From positions 1 through 64,000 of the IMG/VR virus record IMGVR_UViG_3300011114_000773: a stretch of 64,000 bases of DNA; one strand, 5' to 3'. Positions 26,807-35,336 of the stretch are shown here, one piece after another (within the stretch, counting starts at the first letter, position 1; each line of letters starts with the position of its first letter). The notes under the pieces are model-generated. The model was not told the DNA's origin, ran no database searches, and was given only the letters and a program-made list of their open reading frames with translations. Source of the stretch: a virus. Position numbers and translations under genes: made by a program.

Positions 26807-27619
26807 TCAGGAATACTTCCAAGTGGCTAATTTTCCGTTTATTTTTCCGCAGAACTTGACTCTGCCCCTGCAACAATTCGAGATATTTTTGGGACTGACT
26901 TTTTTATCGAAGAGTTTACTTCTACCAGCGTCGCCCATACTTAGAAAACGATATTCTTTATCGTCGCAAAAGCAGCAGACCGCCCTATCTCCCCGGCCTT
27001 TAATGGGGACTCCCTGCACGACAGACCTCCATTTGTTGTGATATTCTTGCGTACCTTTAACGAGTTTTAATATACAAGTCGTGTTAAGACGATTGTCTCT
27101 ACAGAACTTCCTTAAACCAGTGAAGACGACAATGTCTCCTTGAGGGTTTATAATAGAGTAAGTCTTCTTTCTGCCGGAAGACGGCTTTTTTATTCCACTC
27201 TGCCCCAGTGCTATATTTCTGACATGAGAACTACTCAGCTTTTTCCCCCAATTTGGGTGATTTTCTCCGCTATTCGAGGCCGACATTTTAGCGAGAGTTT
27301 CGGGGGAAGCTTTTTTGCCTAGTCTCGGCCTTTTTGGATACGGGCTAAAATTATAGCCGAACTTGGCTTCAAAACTCTGAAGCTGTAAAATCCAGAATTC
27401 CTCCCTATCTATTAGAATTTCTTTATCGCACTGCTCAATTATCTCATAAAGAAAGCTATCCTCACCGTGTTTTCGGAAACTGTTCTGTAGGAAAGAATTG
27501 GCGTGAGAACCGCATCGTAAATCGCTTTGATGCTCTTTAAATCTCCGATAGATATCGACAGAAGACCCTATATATCTTCTTTTATTGATTTTGTTAGTGA
27601 TACAGTATATGCCAATCAT
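26807..27619 (-). CDS. GIY-YIG homing endonuclease with NUMOD3 repeats
   Basis: GIYCITN...YIGSS; GKK.SPET..KMS, GENHPNWGKK. Confidence 0.9.
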   Translation of the reverse strand: MIGIYCITNKINKRRYIGSSVDIYRRFKEHQSDLRCGSHANSFLQNSFRKHGEDSFLYEIIEQCDKEILIDREEFWILQLQSFEAKFGYNFSPYPKRPRLGKKASPETLAKMSASNSGENHPNWGKKLSSSHVRNIALGQSGIKKPSSGRKKTYSIINPQGDIVVFTGLRKFCRDNRLNTTCILKLVKGTQEYHNKWRSVVQGVPIKGRGDRAVCCFCDDKEYRFLSMGDAGRSKLFDKKVSPKNISNCCRGRVKFCGKINGKLATWKYS

Positions 27620-27636
27620 ATACTATATTACACCAA

Positions 27637-27905
27637 TTTACGTTTTTATAGCCGATATTCTGTATTAATCTAGCATTTATCTCACTATTTCTAGTGGTCG
27701 TGTACTAATAACGACTGCTTTAACCTTCTCATCGTCGGGAAACATTACCCTAGAGACTTTAAAATTGCAGCTACCTTGTGGTATTAGCGAGGCGATTGAT
27801 TACCCATAGGCGCTCTGCTACCTCTCCCAAACGGCTGTTTAGCTGTATCGAACTTCCTCTAAAATAGGGTTTTACCTATTCCAGCGCTAGAATCACTTCG
27901 TAAAA
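27637..27905 (-). ncRNA. rnpB: compact RNase P RNA
   Basis: GAGGAAGUUCGAUAC and ACAGAAUAUCGGCUAU form P4; P2 CUAGC/GCUAG; P1 UUUACG/CGUAAA; GCUGCAA; P18-like CACUA-GAAA-UAGUG then AGAUAAAUG. Confidence 0.85.
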
Positions 27906-27915
27906 TACTAAGACT

Positions 27916-28536
27916 TCAAAATGGCGTCAGGAATTTGAAGATTTTTTTAAGGAGCCAAATCGGAGTGTACCATATAGCGCTTATAGTCTGGAGGACAACC
28001 TCCAAAATCTTTTTGTAGATAAGGTATGCCGGAAACCATTTAGCCTCTTGTCGTTTGATAGTTTTATTTAAGGACCGTTGCTGTTCGAGCAGGCTGGACT
28101 TGCGTGAAGAATTGTCTATCCTATTCTTTATGGAAAGGACTACTTCATCGAGTTTCCCCCTATAGAAAGTAATGTTACCGACAAGAAAATAGTCATCTTC
28201 TCCGATATCGGAGGCTACGTATGTCTCGAAACAGATAGACCCAGTAAAAGAGTCAAGCTTCAGGAGATTCATTTTAGCGCATTCTGCTTTGTATCCCACG
28301 GGAGAAGTATTGTCCTCTACTAGTGAGAGGTCGCTATATTCTACATATAGTTCACCAGCCTCAGTTATACACAACTCGTTCCATTTGTCAGGCACACAAA
28401 ACGGATACTGGTCATAAGAGAGAAAGACAGTATCTCTCCAGCCGGAAGGCTCCGCCCCGAATTCGGGTGGCCATTTTAGCTGGTTTCCTTCTAGGCGAAG
28501 GCCGAAAGTGGGAGGAGAGAATTGGGTTAGGTCCAT
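27916..28536 (-). CDS. hypothetical protein
   Basis: 206-aa ORF; promoter TTGACG-N17-TATCAT-N5-ATG (28542-28570). Confidence 0.6.
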   Translation of the reverse strand: MDLTQFSPPTFGLRLEGNQLKWPPEFGAEPSGWRDTVFLSYDQYPFCVPDKWNELCITEAGELYVEYSDLSLVEDNTSPVGYKAECAKMNLLKLDSFTGSICFETYVASDIGEDDYFLVGNITFYRGKLDEVVLSIKNRIDNSSRKSSLLEQQRSLNKTIKRQEAKWFPAYLIYKKILEVVLQTISAIWYTPIWLLKKIFKFLTPF

Positions 28537-28612
28537 GTAGGATGATACTTCTAACTTAGGCTCACGTCAAGGGAAATAATGAAGCATTGGCGTCTAGTAT
28601 AGTCTAACCTGT

Positions 28613-29359
28613 ATGGATGATATTAAAATTCGCAGGACTCGTGGAGATTATATTTCACTAGACCTCTCCGACCCTCAGATAGCAGCCCATGTTTCTAGCA
28701 AAACCAGTCAGGCTAGGTTAATCGCGGCACAACTAGATACTGTTTTCTACCCATTTTTCAACGACAAAAGCGATTTAGTTGTCTTGGATTTGGGCGCGAA
28801 TATCGGATTATTTTCTATGCACGTATCCGATTGCTGCTCAAAAATTTTCGCAATAGAGCCTACCCCATCTCATTTCTCAATATTGCAGAAAAACATTAAA
28901 AATCTGCCTAGGATAACTCCATTAAGATACGCCGTAAGCCCGACGAATGGACCCATTGAGTTTTTTATTGACGAAAGTAACTCGACGATGAATTCGTTGG
29001 TCAAAAGAACATCGACCTCTCATACGACTTCAGTAGAAGGAATGACATTGAGGGCAATCGTTTCGATTATTAATCAGAAGAAAATAGACTTCTGCAAGAT
29101 AGACATTGAAGGCTCGGAATACGAGTCTATCACCGCCTCGTCAGTGGGAGAAGTAAAAGATGTGGTCCGTAATTTCTTCATAGAAACCCACGAGACTCAT
29201 GGGAGAAGTTTTGATTTTATGGCAAAACATTTCTTAGATATATTTACCGATGCCGGTTATTCAGCGACGAGAACAGGAATTGATGCGATATTCGCGACGA
29301 GAATCAACCAAAAGAACTTAAATTCCTGCTCTTCCTTGGGGAAAGCTAGCTCTTGCTAG
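28613..29359 (+). CDS. FkbM family methyltransferase
   Basis: LDLGANIG, AIEP, KIDIEGSE, IETH. Confidence 0.85.
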   Translation: MDDIKIRRTRGDYISLDLSDPQIAAHVSSKTSQARLIAAQLDTVFYPFFNDKSDLVVLDLGANIGLFSMHVSDCCSKIFAIEPTPSHFSILQKNIKNLPRITPLRYAVSPTNGPIEFFIDESNSTMNSLVKRTSTSHTTSVEGMTLRAIVSIINQKKIDFCKIDIEGSEYESITASSVGEVKDVVRNFFIETHETHGRSFDFMAKHFLDIFTDAGYSATRTGIDAIFATRINQKNLNSCSSLGKASSC

Positions 29360-29384
29360 ACTGACTAGTAAGTCAAATAAATTC

Positions 29385-29402
29385 TACGCCGTATTGGGCG
29401 TA
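29385..29402 (-). terminator. hairpin downstream of tmRNA
   Basis: UACGCC-6nt-GGCGUA followed by a U-rich stretch. Confidence 0.4.
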
Positions 29403-29410
29403 AAGAAAAG

Positions 29411-29796
29411 TGGTGGACGCGGCGAGGAGTCGCACCTCGCGTCAAAAAAATACTTTCCATAGGTCACTACACGCTTAGTTTATTTTTAATTACTTCAGTC
29501 CAAGTGACTCTTGATAAACAAACATCATTTGAACTATAGATTACTTTTCAGTCGGCCCTCTAATCACTGAGGCTGACCAATTCTGAATTTACGCTTATGG
29601 AATCTACAGACATCAATCCCTAAGCGGCTTGGCCATTAGACCAAGGCGGTTGCACGGCTGCTCACTACGCAGAAACTATTCCGTGTGTTTTTTGCTGTTT
29701 TAGCACTTACTTTTTTTCCGATTATTTAAGAGGCCATCGGAGTCCTCTGCGTGCGACTGAATAGTTCGTATTTTAGTTCGATACTACTACGCGCCC
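29411..29796 (-). ncRNA. ssrA: tmRNA
   Basis: 5' GGGCGCG pairs with CGCGUCC-ACCA 3' (G3:U70); T-arm GCGAGG-UGCGACU-CCUCGC; tag ORF 29636-29704 AKTAKNTRNSFCVVSSRATALV*; promoter TTGACA-N17-TAAACT (29812-29840). Confidence 0.92.
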
Positions 29797-29844
29797 ATTA
29801 CTAACTATTGGAGTTTACACCTAAGTCCGTCCTTTGTCAAGGGA

Positions 29845-31500
29845 TTATCCTTCGCATGATTTGCAGGTCATTATAGACCTAGATAACTCCTGTGCTGGAT
29901 TAGCAGACCGTTGATAATAAAATGTTTTAATTCCGAGTCGCCAGCCTTCAATCAGTAAGTCGCTTATCTCTTTAGGCTTGATGCTTGGAGGTATCATTAG
30001 ATTCAAAGACTGGCTTTGGTCAATAAACTTCTGCCTTGAAGCAGCCTGAATTACTATTTCTTTTTGGCTAATCTCGCCAAAGGTTTTAAACACGGCGCGT
30101 TCTTCTTCCGACAAGAAAGATAGATGTTGAACCGAGCCTCCGTGAAGTAGAATCGACTCCCAAACTGGTTCTGTATTTTGGTCTTTATCGACCAACAGTT
30201 TACGCAAAAATGGATTGGTATAAGTAAACTTACCTTTCGCTAAGTCCTTGACGAAATAATTAGAGTTCAACGGTTCTATCGAGGGGCTTACCTGTCCCAA
30301 GATAAAAGAAGAGGAGGTCGTGGGAGCGATAGCTATAAGCGTAGTATTTCGACGCCCTTTTCCGACTAGAAGACTCGGTTCTCCGAGAATGATTGCGAGT
30401 TCTTGAGATGCCTTTTCGGCTCTACTCTTTAGCTCCTGAAATACCTCTAAATTAAGCATTTTCGCGCTCATAGACTCGAAGGCAATCATTTTAGACTGAA
30501 GCAGAGAGTGCCATCCTAATACCCCCATACCCAAAGCTCGATGGTTCTTGGCGAAAAGATGCGCTGGACGCATGAATGGGACGCCAGCAGATTTCTTGAC
30601 GAATTCTTCGTTCACGGCGTCAAGAAAATAGACAAGGCATTCGACGGCATCAGTCTCCTTTATCTCGTCCCAATACAATAAATTTAGCGACGATAGCACG
30701 CAAGTAAACGACTCTTCACCGCTAGAGGGCAGGCAGATTTCGCTACATAAATTCGACGCCAAAATCTTCATCCCCAAATCTTTATATACCTGCGGAGAAT
30801 TATTATTAACAGTGTCGGTAAAGAAAAGATAGGGATAACCCGTTTCACATCGTTTTTGGATTATTTTGCTCCATATTTTTCGCTTATCAGGACATCCTTT
30901 GGTCATCTCCCGCATCCACTCATCAGTAATTGTTACTCCGATGCTGATGTTCTGAATCTTGTGCCCGTCAGAACGAATCTTAAGGAACTCTAATACGTCA
31001 GGATGCTCTACGGGAAGATATGCTGCGAAGCTGCCCCTGCGGGTGCTACCTTGGCTGACTGTTTCCGAAACAGAGTCAAAAATCTCCATGAAATGTACCG
31101 GGCCAGAAGATTCTCCACCAGCACTTATTTTCGACCCGCGTGGTCGGATTGCGCCAAAATCAGCGGATGTTCCTCCGCCCCCTTTTGACATCATTCCTAC
31201 CTCCGCTGCTTTCCCAAGGATAGACGGCAGGGTATCTTCTACCCTTGAGCCGAAGCATGACACAGGAAGACCATTTTTCGCTCCAAAATTAGTAAGCACC
31301 GGCGTCGCTAGAGAGTAGTAGCCCTTCTTGATATATCCATAGAACTTCTCTGCGAATCCGGGGATTCCTAGAATTTGTTCAGCGACATTAGAAATAGTCA
31401 AGTATCGGTCTTCTGGAGTGACACCGCTCTCTAGGTAGCCGCGACTTAAAAAGGTTCTTGAGTCTTTATTTAAAAATTGGAAATCTGGTCTAGTCTTCAT
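29845..31500 (-). CDS. nrdA: class I ribonucleotide reductase alpha subunit (no ATP cone)
   Basis: SCF, GGG, SNLCSEI, CVLSS, APT.SS, FYY, C-terminal CKSC. Confidence 0.95.
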   Translation of the reverse strand: MKTRPDFQFLNKDSRTFLSRGYLESGVTPEDRYLTISNVAEQILGIPGFAEKFYGYIKKGYYSLATPVLTNFGAKNGLPVSCFGSRVEDTLPSILGKAAEVGMMSKGGGGTSADFGAIRPRGSKISAGGESSGPVHFMEIFDSVSETVSQGSTRRGSFAAYLPVEHPDVLEFLKIRSDGHKIQNISIGVTITDEWMREMTKGCPDKRKIWSKIIQKRCETGYPYLFFTDTVNNNSPQVYKDLGMKILASNLCSEICLPSSGEESFTCVLSSLNLLYWDEIKETDAVECLVYFLDAVNEEFVKKSAGVPFMRPAHLFAKNHRALGMGVLGWHSLLQSKMIAFESMSAKMLNLEVFQELKSRAEKASQELAIILGEPSLLVGKGRRNTTLIAIAPTTSSSFILGQVSPSIEPLNSNYFVKDLAKGKFTYTNPFLRKLLVDKDQNTEPVWESILLHGGSVQHLSFLSEEERAVFKTFGEISQKEIVIQAASRQKFIDQSQSLNLMIPPSIKPKEISDLLIEGWRLGIKTFYYQRSANPAQELSRSIMTCKSCEG

Positions 31501-31513
31501 TTTTTATATCCGG

Positions 31514-32485
31514 TCAAAATAATTCATCGACATCAAAGCTCTTGCCTTTTTTAGAGTATTCCGTCGGCCTTGTCTTGAAAAAATCCGCCATGTTATTCCC
31601 GAGGAGTTCTTCGTAGAACCACTTAGTCTCCTTGACGACAGTCGGACTCACGATAAAGATTTCAGAATAGCCTATCTGGACAAGCGATTCATTGATTCGC
31701 CTTTGGACGAAAGCCTTTAAGACCTCTGGAGTAAGTCCATCTTGTTTGTAGTTAGACAAAATCCAGTCAATGATAACCGACTCCGACTCGAATGCCACGA
31801 CCGCCTCTTGTTTAACCCTAGCCTCTAGCTCCGCATCAAAAAGCTCTGGATATTCCTCACGAATCACGTTAACGAGTTTAATTCCCACTAGGGCATGTAT
31901 ATTCTCCTCGTTCCTAGTGTATTTAACCTGCTGGTCTGTATCTTTAAGAACGTTCTTATTACGGGCAAACCAGTTAATAACGTAAAATTGGCTGAAGAGC
32001 GATACGTTCTCTACGAAAAGGGTAAAGAGAATTAGCGCGTAAATAAACTGCTTTTTCTCATCTCGATATACGCCCTTAGAATATTTCTTCAAGTACTTAA
32101 CTCTATTGCCGATGCAGGGGAGTTTTAAGTTCTGCTCAAATACGTCATCTAGCCCGAGGACATGAAGAAGCCTTTCGTAAGCATTATTATGGATGACCTC
32201 CACGTTGGCCATGACATATCCCATATCAGCGATATAAGGATGAGGAAGGTTGTCTCCGAGTTTACCCCAAAATGTCTTTACAGCAACTTCTATTTGAGAA
32301 ATGGCAGAAAGCGTCCGAACGATGACCTCACGCTCCTCTTCGGTAAGCGTAACTAGAAAATCGTGCTTATCTGAATTAAAATTAAATTCTTTATCCGTCC
32401 AGAAGCCATTGTGCATAGCTTCTACGAATTCCGTAGTCCACGGATATTTATTAGGCCTTCGAGATGTCTGTTCTTCAAAAATCAT
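31514..32485 (-). CDS. nrdB: class I ribonucleotide reductase beta subunit
   Basis: FW, E.IH..AY, EN.SLFSQF, EE.IH, DFF..RPTEY. Confidence 0.95.
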   Translation of the reverse strand: MIFEEQTSRRPNKYPWTTEFVEAMHNGFWTDKEFNFNSDKHDFLVTLTEEEREVIVRTLSAISQIEVAVKTFWGKLGDNLPHPYIADMGYVMANVEVIHNNAYERLLHVLGLDDVFEQNLKLPCIGNRVKYLKKYSKGVYRDEKKQFIYALILFTLFVENVSLFSQFYVINWFARNKNVLKDTDQQVKYTRNEENIHALVGIKLVNVIREEYPELFDAELEARVKQEAVVAFESESVIIDWILSNYKQDGLTPEVLKAFVQRRINESLVQIGYSEIFIVSPTVVKETKWFYEELLGNNMADFFKTRPTEYSKKGKSFDVDELF

Positions 32486-32582
32486 ACTGTTCAAGTATCA
32501 TACAGCGGGTTGCACCCACGCGCAAGCGAAAACGCCCAAACAGAGAAAATACATTTTGCGCCATAAATTCCCGTGTAGGGAG

Positions 32583-33089
32583 CTATACGACGAGAAACGG
32601 TTCGGGAGAAGAGGATAAATCAAAAAATTTAACAATAGAAACTCCTGCTATAGTTTTTATGGTTCCTATCAGGTCGTTGCCTCTTTCATGGTTCGTGAGA
32701 AAGAAGTTCTTATAATATTCTTGAGCTTGGCTATTCCGGGCCGATTTACTGCAACTGCATCCGCTATTAACCAGTACCTCTAGGGCACAAAGACTATTAA
32801 ACGCTTCTTGCTGCTCTTTGGAGAACTTATCTTTTAAAGGGAAGTACCACCCAACAAAGGACTGCAACCCCTCAAATGATATTTTTAGCTCAGAGTCTAT
32901 CGCGTCGGCTACGGGTCCGCCGCCAAGGAGCACGACTAGACTCTCTGGAGAAGTAGGAACTGGTGCGCTGGAGGCTCCGACGTGCTCTGGAAGATTGACT
33001 TGAGGCGCAACGACTCGTCCCCCGATAACCGTATCGAGATTCCATGCCTCCGCGCCAGCGGCGAATCGTTTTTCTAATTCTGGACTCAT
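32583..33089 (-). CDS. hypothetical protein
   Basis: 168-aa ORF with GCSC. Confidence 0.55.
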   Translation of the reverse strand: MSPELEKRFAAGAEAWNLDTVIGGRVVAPQVNLPEHVGASSAPVPTSPESLVVLLGGGPVADAIDSELKISFEGLQSFVGWYFPLKDKFSKEQQEAFNSLCALEVLVNSGCSCSKSARNSQAQEYYKNFFLTNHERGNDLIGTIKTIAGVSIVKFFDLSSSPEPFLVV

Positions 33090-33457
33090 CCTTTTCTGTT
33101 AAGGATATACACGATTTTAACTAGCGAATAGTAAAAAACAACAGTCACCCAGACAGTAGCGAATACGATGACTAGTCTTCCGTCTCCGAATATTACACTT
33201 ATCGCAATTGAACAGAACACTGATAGGCACTCTCCACAGCTTGCTAGCGCTATCCAAAAGCTATTTGGCCACTTTATCCCCAGTCGCGTCCAGAAATTCA
33301 ACCTTGACTGTATTGGGTCATTAAAAAAGGCGCTCCCTTTCCTCGCCATCCGGCAAAACAGCTTGGAGTATGACTCGAATGCCTTCGTATCCGACACGAT
33401 ATATCCGATTGCCGACGACGCCAACGCTATAAAAATAACCAATTCTATAAAATTCAT
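33086..33457 (-). CDS. membrane protein (DUF1360-like CxxC)
   Basis: Hydrophobic helices, L.SC..CLS motif. Confidence 0.5.
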   Translation of the reverse strand: MNFIELVIFIALASSAIGYIVSDTKAFESYSKLFCRMARKGSAFFNDPIQSRLNFWTRLGIKWPNSFWIALASCGECLSVFCSIAISVIFGDGRLVIVFATVWVTVVFYYSLVKIVYILNRKG

Positions 33458-33602
33458 AATTATTAAAATGGACTTGGTGAGTATAAAAATGCTCTCCGAG
33501 CTATACAAGAATACGTTATGGCCAGCAGCGCTAGTACGAATACAATCATACTATTCGACGGGCCATCTAAACACGTATTCTACGACTCTGCCAAAAAAAA
33601 CT

Positions 33603-33631
33603 TTGACAAATCGCTAAACCCATGCTAGCAT
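33603..33631 (+). promoter_or_regulatory. sigma70-type promoter TTGACA-N17-TAGCAT
   Basis: Directly upstream of the ORF-free structured region. Confidence 0.7.
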
Positions 33632-33646
33632 AATTTCAGTAATATA

Positions 33647-33984
33647 TCTGGACATGGAAATAAGTGCCTCCCGCTTTCAGACGGGCGTTAACTAGCAGCT
33701 ATCACCTGAAAATGGTCGTGGCCCTTGGGCAAGGTCGAAGATACTACTGCGTGGTTAAAGCGTGTGATATGGGGAAACAAGCAACAGGTCACATAAGGGC
33801 ACATCAACCGTTGGTTGGGAATCCCTAGTCGAAAGACTAGGGGGATGGTCCGAAACTATTTTTAGGACGAGGCGGGTAACGTCACGTTGACAAAGGTAGA
33901 GCTAGACGCCGGGGCACGATAGACCCCTATGGTCCTGAATGGCTGAAGCTGCCCTATGCGCGTCTAACTCCGTCTATGTCCAGA
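33647..33984 (+). ncRNA. unclassified ~340-nt multi-helix structured RNA
   Basis: 12-bp closing stem UCUGGACAUGGA/UCUAUGUCCAGA, several nested helices, GAAA-capped hairpin, no ORF, own promoter. Confidence 0.7.
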
Positions 33985-34144
33985 ATAGTAATATTCAACA
34001 ACATAACACGGAAATGAAGACACCTCAAAAAAGTTTGGTTTGCAGGATGTTAAGAAAGCATGTCCTTTAAAACAGGCTTGCTTTCTTAATTTCCTAAAAA
34101 AGTATAGTCTGCGCTTCTTTTGTCTTTACATTATTATTCATTTT

Positions 34145-34753
34145 ATGATTCATCACGGTACTAACACCGAGGGTACTCTTATTAAGGTACAGGGGCTAGT
34201 TGGGTTGTGCGGCCTAGCTAGGTCAGGCAAGGACTTATTATGCTCGAAACTAATGGAGCGCGGGGAAGTTGTCCGAGTGGCTTTAGCTGACGAGCTTAAG
34301 AAAGACATGCGAGACTTCCTAACGCTTAAGTACGGTATCGACATTCTACACTGCTCTGCTGTGGAAAAGGAGGTCGTCCGCCCTCTTCTGGTAGCACATG
34401 GATGCGCTATGAGAGGATTAACTAATGGAGACTGCTGGATAAATAAAATCCACCAACAAGTTGTAGCTAACGCATTGCAGTCATTGGTTGTCGTCACCGA
34501 CATTCGGTTTCCAAACGAACTTGCGTGGCTTAGGAGATTGGGCGGCGCTCTAGTCCATATCCGAAGATATAATGTAGTGGAGGGTGAGCGGTGGTATCTT
34601 TCTCCTCCTAACGCAGACGAGGCAGAATACGACCCCCACTTAAGGGAGTCGGCTGATTTTAAACTTGAATGGCAAACATCAAACGATATAGGAGTAAAGT
34701 TAAATGCAGAAGTGGACCAAGTAGTCTCATACTTGAATGGACGACTTTACTAA
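34145..34753 (+). CDS. deoxynucleoside monophosphate kinase-like
   Basis: GL.G.ARSGKD, LAD.LK, R..L...G, W, TDIRFPNE. Confidence 0.85.
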   Translation: MIHHGTNTEGTLIKVQGLVGLCGLARSGKDLLCSKLMERGEVVRVALADELKKDMRDFLTLKYGIDILHCSAVEKEVVRPLLVAHGCAMRGLTNGDCWINKIHQQVVANALQSLVVVTDIRFPNELAWLRRLGGALVHIRRYNVVEGERWYLSPPNADEAEYDPHLRESADFKLEWQTSNDIGVKLNAEVDQVVSYLNGRLY

Positions 34754-35336
34754 AAAAAACGACAGTGAACTTATTTCTTCCGTCGTGAATAGTTCATGCT
34801 CGGACAGCTACCTTGAGCTTTGCCGAAGATACGAAAAGGTCTTTTACAAAGTATGCCAGAGGTATAGCTCTGTCTTTACCTCCGTAGGAATCCCAATAGC
34901 TGATATACTTGACGATAAAGATTCAATCATTTATTTTTGCGTAAAAAAGTTTGACCCGACTAGAGGCGCTAAATTTTCTACGTTTGTCGGAAACTACGCC
35001 AGATTTTTATGCTTGAAAAGTATTTTAAGTAAAAAGCATTGTTCTGACTTCAGCGATGATTCGATAAACGAACTTATTGAGAGTCGCCAGATTGCTCAAG
35101 AATATGAATCTTCCAATACTATTTTTGGAGCGTCTTTAGTCAACGAGGCTGTCGAAAAACTAGAGAATCCGATACATCGCAAAATTATTCACTTAAAGTA
35201 CTACGCACAAGCTGGCCCTGTTACATGGAAGACCATCGCTAATGATATGAAAATTAGCGTCCCGACCGTAATTGGAATACATGGTCGAGCTATTAGGAAT
35301 CTCAAAAGGAAAATAAAAACGCTAGAATTACAATGA
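34737..35336 (+). CDS. sigma70-family sigma factor-like protein
   Basis: KFDP.RGAKFSTF (region 2); W..IA..M.IS...V..IH.RAI..LK (region 4). Confidence 0.8.
   Translation: MDDFTKKNDSELISSVVNSSCSDSYLELCRRYEKVFYKVCQRYSSVFTSVGIPIADILDDKDSIIYFCVKKFDPTRGAKFSTFVGNYARFLCLKSILSKKHCSDFSDDSINELIESRQIAQEYESSNTIFGASLVNEAVEKLENPIHRKIIHLKYYAQAGPVTWKTIANDMKISVPTVIGIHGRAIRNLKRKIKTLELQ

Noticed and set aside
29411-29445. tRNA gene
   Set aside because: The CCA end and T-arm belong to the tmRNA; the matching 5' acceptor strand is 385 nt away and there is no anticodon arm.
33647-33984. SRP RNA, 6S RNA or group I intron identity for the orphan RNA
   Set aside because: No SRP helix-8 motif, not a single 6S-like rod, and no flanking exons or recognisable P7 core; left unclassified.
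34050-34089. Rho-independent terminator after the orphan RNA
   Set aside because: An 11-bp hairpin exists, but no U-tract follows on either strand, so it is not called a terminator.
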